64,000 nucleotides of DNA from Callorhinchus milii (GCF_018977255.1 NW_024704743.1:57290001-57354000), one strand, 5' to 3'. Positions 23,881 to 37,785 are shown, numbered from the stretch's first letter. Numbers and translations: made by a program. The notes: generated by a model from the sequence alone, not told the origin.

Positions 23881-26552
23881 CATTTCATTGTTCACTCAGG
23901 CTACTTGTTTAATATCCATCTGAACTGAAATTAAAGTACAGTGTTGTCCATTCAGAATGACTCCAGAATCATCCCAGTTGTAGCCCAAAACTGGTAATGT
24001 TCAGTCGTTGAAGCAGTTGACATATTGTTTAGACATTTTGCTCAGTGAAGAAGCAACCAGAAAGAAAGGTGAGCTCCCAAATAACAAATGCTGACAACAA
24101 CATGGCAAAGAACAAGGTTGCTGTGCTGGAGCTTCTTAGTGAAAATACAGTTCTTATTGTGGAAATAAGAAAGACTGGAATCTGGGAAGATCCATAGGAA
24201 ACGGTGGGTCAATTTCTCATCATTTAATATGTACATGTTCACAGCCTACCTCCTGAATACCAGGATAAATCAAGCACATCACGTTCATGGCAGGGAGTGT
24301 ATTAACAACCTCTTGATCTACTGCTAATCTTGCCAGAGTAGCGTAATTCCACATAGTCTTAGTCTGTGAATTTTGGGGGCGAACGAGGTAGCCAATTTGC
24401 ACACAATAATGTCCCATAAACGGCCATGAAGTGAATGACCATTTTTTTTATTTGGATGATTATTGGCCTGGTCACCAGGAGAAAAAAAATTCTCTCTTCT
24501 CAATAGTGCCACAGGATCTCTATCACCCCCCTGAACAGACACTGACGGGGAGCTCACCTTACAAGGTGAACATTGTAGAGCAATTACAAGCTCACTTGTG
24601 GCTAAGACAAGGTTGATGATTTGGATTGTTTCTACAATTTAATATCTCATTGCAGTTAATGGATACTGTGAACTATTGATCAGCTTCAATTTAAGTAGTG
24701 TAAATTGTTGGATGCATTATTGCGTTCAATGATCTGACACTCAGCTCTGGCAGCACAATAGTAATATTTGCATTTGAATTCCTCGGAGAGACAAAAGAGC
24801 CACAAGGACACCTCTGGTTACCTAGCATTAAGTAGGAACCCGGTTGTTAGTTGATTGACGGATTGCTTTACTGGGGTTAATAATCATTTTTAAAGAAAAG
24901 AATAATAATTTGGTCATTCAATCCACGACTGTTTGTGAGATACTGCTGTGCGCAATTGGCTGCCACATTTCGCCCACAAAATATACAGTCAATTCGGTTT
25001 ACAGTATATTCTGTGAAGCATTATGAGACATCTCGAAGGCATGATAAGGTGCTATATCAAATGCAAAGATGATTATTTTTTATTATTTGATGTTATTTTC
25101 CCTTCTAGAATCGGGCAAAATTTCTCAAAGATGGATAATTGATTAAAGAAGCAAAAGTTCACTGCCAGCATTTACTTTATTTAAAACTAATAATATTATT
25201 AATAATAATAATCTTTGTATTTGATATAGTGCCTTATCACGTCATTGAAACATCTCAAAGTGCTTCACAAAATATATTATAAAGTGCATTGACTGTATTT
25301 TATTTATGTGAAAAGAAAAAATCTTGACATTTTGGCTGTTTATTCATTGCTAATTATCCACAAATAGTTCTTTCTGCTATGACAAGAGAAAAGATATTTG
25401 ATATAAATATAAAAATTGTTTAACATGATGCTCCAAGATATGCTTGCTACCTTGCATGAAGGGCTCAATATAAATGCAAGTTGTTGTAATATTCCATATT
25501 TTTGAGTTTCCTTTTAGTACGCACATGGCAAAGTTTATTTCAAAAAATCATCCTCTATTTTTTTCACCTCCTGAAAGTATCGGACTCCTTTTTCTTTCTG
25601 GTGTTTGATTCAGGGGATCAGTCACCCTCCAGTACCTCACTCAAGTGGTCACTATTCATGTCAGACCTTTCACAGTAGGTATTGCTAGGTTAGCGGACTG
25701 AGGAAATTAGCAGGTCAGAGAGAGAGGGGGAGAGTTACAACCAGTCAACTCCCCACATCCAGGTATGAACAACATTCAGTAGAAATCTGCAGATAATGAT
25801 CAGGAACAGAAATTCCAGTGTATTTTCCATTTGTAGCATCACCACAACTGCTCGGATGAGATCAGTCAACTGAACATGGAGTTAAGCTTACAGTGGTCTA
25901 TATGGAGAAGTGCTCACTGCCTCATGCCTTTCCCCTACCTGGTCTTTCAGAGAGTTATCGGATAATCACTGATTCACCAGCAGCGGTACAAAAAGAGACC
26001 TGTGGGAGATAAAGACAAGCATTAAATATTAGCTTGATTCATTTGGTAGCACTCTGAATCAGAAGCTTACAGGTTCAAGTCCTATGTTGATATTTAGAAC
26101 TCATATAATGTAGATTTCAATGTTGGGATGTGTTGCACTGTTTGAGGGCTGTCCTGTAGTTGAGACAATAAACTGAGGTCCTGTCTGCTTATTAAGATGG
26201 TTAGAATGATGTGTTAATACAGGATCTGTTAAAGATGCTCAGATGTTAGGGATCTGCCAGAGTTACACCTCATTGTAGGGCAGTCGATTTTTAGTAGGCT
26301 AGGTGAGGATTGATGTTTGATTTTACAGACAGACACCATCTTCACTTGTATTTGTTTCATGTCTCTAATAATATTAATAATAACCCCAATGACAGTATCA
26401 AAATGATAGAAAAAGATGAAAAAGTAAGACATTTTTCATGAATAAAGAAGCAATTAAGATCAAACAAGAATATGACATCATCAAAAAGAAATAGGAAGTA
26501 GCTAATCTGAACCAACAAAAGTGATAAATGGAATGAAAATTGTCCTTGAAAG

Positions 26553-27400
26553 CAACAACAACAAATTACATTTGTAAAGCGCCTTTCACATCAGGAGGAT
26601 ATCTCAAAGCGCTGGACAGTCAAGGATTTGGACCCGAGATGGGGGTTGGGATCCGGAGGGGTGGAGGGCAGGGGTAGGAGGATGACCAAAGGCACAGTCG
26701 AAGAGGAAGGTTTTGAGATGTGCCTTGAAGGAAGCAAGGGAGGGAGTTAGACAAAGGGAATGTGGGATAGAGTTACAGAGGAGTCGTGGAGTCCTGTAGC
26801 TCAGTGGTTAGAGCACTCGCTTTGCAAGCGAGAGACCTGAGTTCAATTCCAGGCAGAGGGCGAAACCTTGGGCAAGTTTCCTTACTCCACACAGAGCCTA
26901 ATAATAATCCCTCCAAAACTAAAAACAATAATAAATTGGTCATTTTCAATCTACGACTGTTTGTGGGACATTGCTGTGCGCAATTGGCTGCCGCGTTCGC
27001 CCACAAATATACAGTCAATTCACTTTTCAGTGTATTCTGTGAAGCGCTTTGGGACGTCCTCCTGACGTGAAAAGCGCTATATCAAATGCAAGGATTATTA
27101 TTATTATTATTAGAGGGTGGGGGCAGAGAAGCCGAAGGTCTGACCGTCGATGGTGCGGCGGCCTGAGCAGAAGCCATGGAGCAGGCCAAAGTCCCATGAG
27201 CAGAGGGTGCGCACAGTTCAATATGGAGTTTGCAGATCACAGAGGAGAACCAAGGCTTTGAGGTGAGGTAGAGGATTTTGAACTCTATCCTCTGGGGAAT
27301 GGGGAGCCTGGTGCAGGGAAGGTCACGAGTTGCAGAGTTCTGAATGATATTCAGCTTGTGGAGGGAAGGGATGGGAATGTCAACAAGCAGGGAGTTAGCA
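26553..27400 (-). mobile_element. L2 LINE 3' fragment interrupted by a young SINE
   Basis: ANSLLVDIP...HKLNIIQNSA...LPIPQRIEFKIL peptide and (TTG)n tail at 26553. Confidence 0.85.
26788..27112 (+). mobile_element. Young tRNA-Ala SINE, full length
   Basis: Near-identical to the 44260-44586 copy, sharing the ccacacagagcc variant. Confidence 0.92.
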
Positions 27401-29739
27401 TGAGAAAATATCTTGTAGAAAAAAAAATGGAAGAAGAAAATCATGCATAATCAATTTCTCAGAGAAATGAAAGAACTAAGCCTAGATATGACTCAAAGCT
27501 ACAACTGGTTGACTAACAGGGATCTCAGCCAGAACAGAAGCTCTCATAATATCAGCACAAAGCCAAGCTATTCCTACCTGTGATTATGAAAATAAGATCT
27601 TAAAGAGAAACATTCATCCAAAATGCCAAATATGTCATCAAGGACTAGAATCAGTTAACCACATATTGTCATCATGTCCAGCCCTAGTACAATCAGAGTA
27701 TCTTGATTCGACATAACAATGTAGCTAAATATATTTCACTCGAAAATTTGTAAATACTTTGATATTGATGTAAAGAGCAAAGGGTATGAACATTAACCAA
27801 CAACAGTGACATCGAAAAATAACATCACAATAATCTGGGTCTCACAAGTACATACAGATAGAACAATAATCTGTAACAAACCAAATGTTAATTAAAAAAA
27901 ACTAGATTATACATCTAGTGTTATTGATGTAGTTAAACCAAGTGATTACAACGTAAGAAATAAGGAACTAGAGAAGATCAGGAAATATCGATTTACAAAT
28001 TGAATGCAAACTTATAAAACAAGCATAGTTCCTATAATCATCTGTGCAACTGGGACTGTTAATAAAACTATTCAGCAATGGTTTGACATTATACATGGTG
28101 AACAAGAAATCAACCTCAAACATACTAAGAAAAGTACCATCCATTCACATGTAACATTCCACTGTTATTGGTCTGACTGACCATCACTGAAAACCACTTT
28201 AAAAATATCCCTCGATGGAGTGATTTAAACTGTCATAACATAAAAAAAACTTACATTTGATATAGTGCCTTTCCCATGTGAGGAGGATGTCTCAAAGTGA
28301 TTCACAGGATTTATTGTAAATTGTAGTCAGTGTATATTTTTTGTGTAGGCGAACATGGCAGCCAATTTGTGCTTAGCAATCTCCCACAAACAGCTATGAA
28401 ATTAATTTATTTGGGGGAATGTTGGCCAGGATGCTGGAAGAAACGCTGTTCTCCTTTCAAGTTGTACCATGGGGGGAAAGGCGTGAAAATGGAAGATGGC
28501 AGCAGAACAGCAGTGAACTCAGTAGGCTACACTTGATGGATGGGTTTGTTTCCAGTGATGTAAGTTTCTTATAGAAATTTACAATGTTTCCTAACACCTT
28601 CTTAGTGATAATTATTCCCCAATATACAATCACAGCACCTTACAGAAAGCTCTGTGAAGCATTTCGAGATGTTGCCACGTGATAGGGCGTTAGAGCAATG
28701 CACTAATGATGATGATTTTTATTATTATTATAGTTAGCACAAATATCCTACAGTTCACTTCTTTCAAAGCCTCCATCCCTTTATCTTGATTTCTTTTAAA
28801 TTTCTATCAATATATATCTATGTGATAAATTACTTCATGAAGCGACTCTGACCCTGCTCTGTGCAGTTTCATCTGGAGTCACTCTGTTTTGCCCCCTCCC
28901 TTCCTGCCTTCACAACTGGCCCTTTTGACAAAAAATTGGATCTCTGCCCCCTCTCCCCCCTCCCAACGTGGGCTCCCAATCAGATATGTGAAGCACTTTG
29001 AGAAGCCCTCCCGAAGGAGCTGTATAAATGTAAATTGTTGTCATTTATGTTGATTTCATTATGTGTGAGCATATGTTTCCAATAAGAAGAACCTAAATCT
29101 GCAAAATGTGTCATGTTGTTCAACATTCGTTAGGTTCATTTGTATGTCAATGAGCTGAAAACACATTATTCACACTTTAAGTTTGCTACTTAGTTGTAAA
29201 AAGTAATTGCAAAAGTAAAAACAAAATCTTGGTGCAGATTCATTTGCTGAATTACAATCAACTAAATTTGTGTTTGAAACCTACTTTGGAAATTAAACAG
29301 CAAAGCACTTTGAAACAATCTCCTGACATGAAAGGCACTATATAAATCTAAATTGTATTACAGTACAATACAATACAATTTACATTTATATAGAGCCTTT
29401 CACATTGGAAGATGTCTCAAAGCACTTGACACTGCTGGGTTGATATCCAAACCTGAGGATGGGAGCCGAAGAGAGGGGGCAGTCAAAGAGGACAGTTTTG
29501 AGACATGCCTTGAACAAAGGCAGAGAGGAAGTGAATTTTATTGTGTGCGCAAGCCATCAACATCATACAAACAGAGTTCAGAAAATGTCTGACAGAAAGG
29601 GATGACTATCTGTATCTGCAGCCTTGTAACCTACTGTTCTTAATCCCCTTTTTTATTAATCCCAATATTTAGATCATTTCCCAAATCCCTTAAGGTTTGT
29701 TCTAATCAGTTGAGTTCAATTCCTCAGAAGTCATCCTCA

Positions 29740-30020
29740 AGCTGCGTAAAGCCCTCCATGGTCTTGCTCCTCCCTGCCTCCGTGACCCACTAAACGTTTA
29801 CCAACCTGTCTACTCCCTCCGCTCAGCAGGCACTCTCCTGCTCCACTTCCCCTGCCTTGTCCGCTCCACCATCGACAGTTTGGCTTTCAGCCTCTCTGCC
29901 TCCACCCTCCGGAACTCCATCCTGGAGCCTCTCCACCTCGCCTTCACTGTCCAGGACCTTGAGATGTCCTCCCTACGTGAAAGATGCTATATAAATGAAA
30001 CATTATTGTTATTGTTGTAG
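29740..30020 (+). mobile_element. L2 3' fragment
   Basis: aaagccctccatggtcttgctcctccctgcctc...gagatgtcctccctacgtgaaagatgctatataaatg plus tail. Confidence 0.78.
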
Positions 30021-33000
30021 TAAAGAGAAATAAAATTTAGTTTAGGCCATGCAACAGTGCAGAGGTGCCATATTTGGAAACAATATCTTTAGATTACACA
30101 GAAAAAAGATTTAACTAACACATTGATGAAACATGAGTTAGTCAGTGCTTATTATCAACTGGTCTGTGGATGTGATTCTCCCACAACTCCATGACAATGC
30201 CCAACAACCTCCCCATGGAGTGCAGCATTGAGTGCTGGTTAGTGGGATATGAATTATAATTTGTATTATAAATGCTTTACCATGTTCAAATGATTTGTAA
30301 TTAAAGTGAACAATATATGTAGGCAAATGCAGAAGCTAATTTGTGCCCGCAACATCCTGTGAACAACAATTCTTTTGAACTTGAGGGGGGGCAATATATG
30401 ATTGGATAACCAGGAGAAAGATTTCACATACCTTGAAATAGCAGTGGTATACATTGAGTTATATGTGTTGTTGAGTTGAACTGGTAACACACTTGCCAAC
30501 CACCCTATGCTGTGATCTGCCATCTAGCAGTCCAAAGAGTGGCTGGCTAATTTACTTACTCAAGTTACTCAACGTACTCATTATTGTGGAGTGAGGTTGC
30601 GGGAGAATTATACCTGCAGACCACTTGATGCATTAAAATAGTGACCAAATTTTAGAAGCATGTGTTAATTGATATTGGCATTTATTAACACAGCACAGGT
30701 CACAATTTTCACCCCTCTATTTTCTGTCTGTATTCAGATAAATGCGCTAGATTTCGTATTGCGTTCCTTGCATGAACTGACACATTGTGAACTGTTGCAG
30801 ATTTCACCCCTATATTACCCACGGATTCAAGCCCTCCATCCTCAGATGATGTTTTTAAGAAGGAGCCATGGCTGAACCCTGCGATTTAATTAATTCAGGA
30901 AAATTAAAGATAGATGACAGCATCTGTTCATTATTCAGGCAAGCAGAATAAGCATTTGGGCATGTGTTCAAACAAATTAGCAGTGAACCCTGCAGTGCCA
31001 CCAGCTCTCCCCAATACGTTTGATTAAAAATAATGAATGGAAAGGCTTAGAAAAATGAGCTGCTGCTGGATTTGAGAGCATTAGTGACGGACTGTTTCAC
31101 AAGAAAATATTACAAGTCAGAGAATTCACAAGCCAATTTCATTTTCCTGCTGAGGTTTATTTTAATGGTTACAGAAAGTTGCTTGGTGGGTTGGAAGAGG
31201 GAGGAGGTTCACACACCTTTTGAAACTGGTGCAGTACCATGTGTAAATGTATTCTGTTTGCAAGAGCGTATCGAGAAAATTTCAACTGAGGTGGCGTTCT
31301 TTTGTTAAAAAAATCGTTCCACACCTATATGAAATCACGTGCAATGTGAGGCTGTCATGCTCAGTCCTCAATACTTAATCAGATGCTCTTAGTTATTTTG
31401 CTTAAGTGGTGGCTTTTCACAATTGTATCTGCTTATGTATTTTGATTAAAATGCTTTTAGGACCAGGAAGAGATCAATTGGCCCTTCAACCCAACTCAAC
31501 AACACCTTGCATTTATATAGCACCCTTCACATAGGATAACTGGCTGAGCTGGACACTAAACATAAAGAAAGCGGGGAGGGTGGTACTACAGCATGGTCAA
31601 AGAAGTAGAATTTAAGGTGGGATGATTTCAAAACAGATGAGAGATTGTGAGGCAGAGGATAGTGATGAGGTATTCCAGAGGTTAGGGGCATACGAAAGAA
31701 GGCTGAGCCACCAATGGTCAGGCGGGGTCGATGATAGATAACAGCACCTGCTGTTTATTAAAGCAAACAGAACAAGCGCTGGGTATGTGCTCAAGCTCTA
31801 ACATATGGCCACGCAAATTTGAAAGTTAAAGATCCTGCTGAATTATTTGAAAAGAGAAGGGAGTTTCCACCAATCCCCCAGATATAGTTGATCATTTACA
31901 TCTTGGCTAATTGTGGGGCACCTCTGTGTGCAAATTGACTGCCACATTCATCCACAAATACAGTCACTACACTTGACAGTCTTTAGCTTTGAAGCGGTTT
32001 GAGTCCTTTTGATATTATTATAGGCACTATAACGTAAGGATTATTATTATTTTTTATTCTGTGACTAACACACTATGATTTTCTGCTGTGCTCAACTGTA
32101 CCAAAAAATGTTTTTTTATTCTGAAGACATGACAGACAGATGCTCTGGTCCTCCAATGAGGTGGTACACTGCGTATTCACACACAGAGAGTTTTTGATCA
32201 TAGAATCATACAGTGATTACAGCTCTGGAAACATCCATTCAATCCACTAGGCTTGTTCTCAAACTGGAGCTTTCTGTCCTAATCCTATACTGTTTCCCCA
32301 AGTCCATTAAAATTATTTTAAACAATCATTAATTCATTATTTATATATTAACAGTTTTAAGAACTTTGCTTCTGCAGCCAGTAGTGGTAAATGATTCCAC
32401 ACTCAGGCGACCCACTGTGTGAAACCCTCTGATGTGGACTGTGGCGAGAGGTCTTGCAGGAACAAAGTAAACAAGAGAGGAACAAAAATAAGGGGAAAAC
32501 TTGCTCCAAGCCACTCTCGTAACTACCAGCTGGCTGTAGAGTGGAATTGGCAGAAATCTGGGAACAGGTTGTTGTTCTCTCAGTATCTCGGCTGGGGATG
32601 TTTCATCGAGACAGAGAGGAGAAGAGGAGAAAATATAGGAGAAAATAGCATACTTAACAAAGTATGATTGATAATCCTCACCAATGACCAATACACCAAT
32701 CAGTGACAAAGTGAGATATATTAAGAACAGCTGATACTTTACCCATCACTTTCAGAATAAGTTTTGAGGAAACACATTGCTCCAGTTAATTACAGAGACT
32801 GGCAGCTAAGTCTGCAGTAATCATCCGTTTAAACTAATCACATGCAACTGTTTAATTTGATCTTGAATATAATGTGAACACAGCAGCTCTTTTCTATAAA
32901 ACAATGAAGTTGCATCCAATTTTAATTGTAGCTGGCATTTTGCTTTTGGTCTGTTTCTTGGTATAGAGCAACCTGGCCAAAACGTGCTTTGGATACAACA

Positions 33001-35394
33001 TTGTAAGATGATACAATACAACTAACATTTATAGAGCGCCTACAGAGCGATCTCCCAAAGCATAAAGAAATGTCACAGCCCTAATTCTGAAGGCAGTTTT
33101 CTGTAAACCTTTTTTGAAGAATGACAGAAAACTGGCTTCAAAGCTAATGTCAAATTCAACATTTGGCAGACTCTGGATGCACACGTAAAGGTTATCTATC
33201 TAAATGTTATTTGCAATGCTATATAAATCTAGACCCAGGTGGAATTTCTCCCCAGTTATTTACAAGTTTCTCCAATGTACATGTTCTGCAGTTGTACAGT
33301 ACAGTAACAATAATTCTTTACCTTGCTTTTTTGGGGACTTTCCTAACAGGTTTTCCAAATTACCAATGCTATGCATTCTCTCTACTGCCCAGATTTCAAT
33401 CTTTATTTGTGTGCAGGGAAGCTGTTCTCCCACCCCAAAGCCTGCTTACCAGACTCCATTCCAATGTTTACTAGGAATTTCTGGGTGTCGTCTGTGAAAC
33501 AGCCCCTTTCTCTGCTGTCATTGAGGCATTTTTTTTCCAGGAATTCCGCACTCCACAGCTGGATTCTTGGACTTTGCAAGTTTTACAAGGGGTCAAATAT
33601 CTCGTTAGCTGTTTTGGAAGCGTGAAAAGCTCATTACTACAGATGTCCCATCCTCAGGCTGCTATGTTTGTGTTCCTGCTAATGAAATTGCACTTTCCAC
33701 ACTCAGCACTCAGAAATCCCCAGTGCTCTTGCGATTTCATTAGCGCTTTATTAAACTTGCCTTTTCATGCAAATGACTGGATAGAATTCTTGGCAGCCCT
33801 TCAATAATGCCCTGTGAGAAATTAATATTAGAAAGCACACAGTTATCAAATCCTTCACATATGGGTTTAGCGAATGCTTTGCTCTCAAGTTAAACAGGAT
33901 CTAATCTTAGGTCCTTTTTTGATGATAAAATAAACAGTTTAGAAATATTTCAATTTAACATTTATCTGAAGGATTCATGGCCCTTTTATTGTAATGGAAT
34001 TGAAGCTCTTCCTTAAACACACGGAAGATCATTTAGAAGGTGTCAGGAGAAACAGAGGGTATTCTTCTATTGCCACTAAATCTGACAGTTTGGTGTTATC
34101 CCATTCCAGAAACACAATGTCAAGGCGGGTAAGCCTTGACATTGTGGATAACAAGCAGAGGATAACAACCTCAAAGGATTTCTATTCTGAATGGTCTTCT
34201 TTTCATCTTTGGTTTGTCGGGACATTTCATTGCTGGAGCTGACACCATGCCACGTACCCAGTTTCTGCAGGAGAATGGAGTTTCTCCTGGTGTCCTGGCC
34301 AACAATCCCCCAAAGAAGTCATTCACTTCTTGGCTGTGTGTGGAATATTGCTGTGTGTAAAATTGGCTGTCGCGTTCGTTCACACAAAAAAATAGTCACT
34401 CCACTTTGGAGTATATCTTGTGAAGCACTTTGAGACATTCTCTAGACATGAAATACGCTATATCAAGCATAAGGATTATTATTATTAAGGTGGAGTGCCT
34501 TCAGCTGCAAAGTCCAATTTGGAAAGGACTGTAAGCAATGTTTCTAATAATACTCTTTACATTTGATATAGTTCCTTTCATGTCAATATGATGTATCAAA
34601 GGATTTACTGTAAAATGAATTGACTCCATAAGCAAACAGTAGACACAAGATATTTTATCAGCATTTTCTAAATGGTGATAAAAATATCAAGGAGCCCTGC
34701 TTTCTAACTGTTATAATTAGAAGGACATAAGAAACATCTGCAGCATGTTCAAATTCCATCCGTTTCACTGGCTCCTGTACTCTGAGTGCAAACAGGGAAT
34801 TTTCTGTCTGTTGGTGTAATGTAAGATGCTGACCAAATCTAAAACCAGACACATCAAGTCTGGCTTCAAGAATGGGGGAGGGGAGCTTTGAGCAAAAATC
34901 ATTCTGTGCACTTACAGCAGTCCACACATGTTCAATGTAAACAAAGTGAATTGGCAGGAACCAGGTTCATATTGAAGTGACTGGGAACCATAGTGTCAAA
35001 AACTGGTGAGAACTCCACACAGGGTAGCGTCTCAGAGCTCTTAACAGTAGCGGAGCCTGACTCCAAGCCGGGGGAGGGGGAAGCTGGCCGTAAGCAGGGT
35101 CTAAGAGGATGATGTAACAATTATCACTGGTGTTAATTATCACAATGTGGGATATTCTGCTTCTGGCAATATGCCGGTCAATTCCAGATCAATATTGTCA
35201 TCATTGATGTTATTTCCTACCAATGTTGAGCATATGCACCATGCGCAGGAAATAATGTCAGATGTGTTTTTTGCACTTTAGCACACATGAATAGGTTGCA
35301 GTAAGTGACAATGGTGATGCTCAATGACCAGGTGTTACTGAAAACAGCCAATGTTCAGTAGCTTATTGAGATTTTTGTAATGCAGAAGGTTTTA

Positions 35395-35740
35395 TACAAT
35401 ACAATGCAACTTATCTTCTCTAGCACCGTTCACGCTGAGAGGATCACGTCTCAAAGCGCTTTACTGAGCTGGCTCGGCATCTGATCCTGGGGTGGGGGTG
35501 CGGAGAGAGAGGGAAAGATGACAGAAAGTGTGAGATGGAGTTGCAAAGAGCAGGGGTAGAATGCCTGAAAACATGTTCTCCAATGGTAGGTTGCATAGGG
35601 CAGGAGGTATGAAGCAAAAACAAAGGAAGTAGTCGTTGGTAGGATTGAAGCAGGTCGCAGGGGTAGGGTGGGGCGATGCCATCTGGGGATTAGAAGGTGA
35701 GTAAGAGGATCTTGATTTGAATTCATTGAGATCAATTATT
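35395..35740 (-). mobile_element. L2 3' fragment
   Basis: gaattcaaatcaagatcctcttactcacc...taaagcgctttgagacgtg with a (TTGTA)-type tail. Confidence 0.7.
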
Positions 35741-37430
35741 CCATATAAATGCATTAATGTATGGTTGGATTCAAATTAGTGCATAATAATAAAAAAACTT
35801 TGCTGGAAAAAACACAGCAATGTGGCTCTTAACGAAATCCATATGTGGTCAGAAAAAAATATTGCAAAGCCTTTCAGTCCTCTGTAACAAGGGAGAATAC
35901 AGAATTTGGCAAATTATTGAACACAGCAAACAGAGAGGCAACAGATACTTTCAGTTCCAGTAAATGATATATATCATATTAGTTTTCATTTTTAAATTTG
36001 CTCATGAATAAGGAATAATGCTACAGCAATTTTCATAAACTCTTATTAGCTTTCTATAATAGACTTATTAATATTTAGGATTTCACAATTCAATGTACAT
36101 CATTGTTTTCAGAATGATTGGCACTGCTGGGGATAAGTAAATTAACTTTTGTTCACTATCTTGCTTTTTTGGAACTGTCTTAATGTAAGAATTATTTCTG
36201 TTTTATAAATATTCTGAAGTAAAACTTGATAACAGAGTCAAATTTGCAGTGTTTCATAACACATTCAGGGAGAGAAATGCCTCCTGACTCTAGATTTATT
36301 CTATTTAAGAATTTGGAAGGAAGAATAAAGAAGCCAACTATATCATGGACTGCATAGTAGGAACCTAAGAGGGATCCAAGAATAACAGAATCTGTGGATC
36401 CAGGGCCAAGCTTTTTGGTTGGTCCACAAAATAAATGTTCTTGACTGAATATTTCTCAATTTATGCAATAAATCAAGAAGTATTAAATCAAGAAAAATGT
36501 GGAAACCCATTATTAATCGAACAAGGATTTACCCAGATCTAAAGTTCACTGATTTAACACCATCGCCCAGGTTCCTGTTTGTCTTGTTTATTGTTGACTC
36601 ACACTGTTTGATATTTTGAGCATCAGTCAACTAACACCTGAATCTCTTTCAGCTTTCCCCTTGGAAAGTTCTATCTCATCTACGGATCACATGTGTTTTC
36701 CTATTCTTGCATCCTATATATAGTGCCTTGCATTTATTTGTATTAAACTCCATTTGCCAGGTCCATCATTCTAACATAAACTACTGTTGCTGGTTATCTG
36801 TTCCAAACCTGTCCCACCTAATCTAATCTCGTCCCCCCCCTCCCCCAACTGCTCACAGAGTCCTCCCCCAATTGCTCACTCCCCATATACTCTAATATGA
36901 CTCAAGCAGAAGGAAATAATAATTGAATATCAATAATTGCAATGATAGCTAAACTCAATAATTTATGGCAAAAAAACAGCATTGCTAATAGCATCGAGGT
37001 ATAACTGTAAGAAATGTGTTCTCTCGGCAGTATTTTACTGAAATGAATATTGTAAGGGAGAGAATGAGCAATGTTTTCCAGGTGCAAAGACGAGTTGCAT
37101 CCATTTATTTTTCTTGTCAACAGAAGAGGTGAGATTCAAAATACAGTAATCCTTGAAGATCAAATACGGTATTCACAAAGTGCATTGAAATTCCATTTGA
37201 ATCCCAGCATCGACCTCTGATCAGAAAATCTTGCATTGGGGCCACAGAAAGTACTGAGTTTGGGTTTCTCCTCAAGATTGTCTCCTAAAAATAGATCTAT
37301 AACTAAACATTGAAGTTAAAAGCTGTTTTATTAGCTAGAATTTGAAAACCTATCGAGGAGTAAAAAACAAGGCAGTGATCCAGTACTGTCCAGCCTAGCT
37401 GTAAACAATCTTCAGAGGTTGGAGGAATGT

Positions 37431-37753
37431 TATAATAATAATAATCCATGCATTTGATATAGCATCTTATTACAGTGTTGAACCATCTCAAACTCTTCAC
37501 AGGATAGACTGTAATGTATATTATGCCATAAAGTGGTGTGACTGTTTGTGTATTTTGTGGGTGAAACGTGGCAAGCAATTTTGCACACAGCAATGTCCCA
37601 CAAACCACCATGGAGTGAGTGACCAACTTTATTTGGGGGATTCTTGACCAGGACACTGGGAAAAACTGTTCTCTTTTCAAATAGTACCGTGGTATCTTTA
37701 ATATCGACCTGGACAGGCAAATCTCAATGTGGGGCTTGAACCCAGAATGTTTA

Positions 37754-37785
<32 letters not shown>

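Larger units (their letters stand above)
26360..28150 (+). mobile_element. Decayed R4/Dong-clade-like (restriction-like endonuclease) non-LTR retrotransposon, C-terminal part, split by an L2 (26553-27400)
   Basis: Hand translation from 27428 across frameshifts: WKKKIMHNQF...EALIISAQSQAIPT...CQICHQGLESVNHILSSC (CX2CX8HX4C knuckle, 27624-27677)...RHNNVAKYI...IIWVSQVHTDRTIICNKPN...VIDVVKP...KELEKIRKY...IVPIIICATGTV. The 5' boundary is uncertain. Confidence 0.8.

Noticed and set aside
35130..35390. Weak inverted similarity (ggtcaattcc..attgtcat vs gtgacaatgg..aatgacc)
   Set aside because: Too degenerate to call a TIR element by eye.
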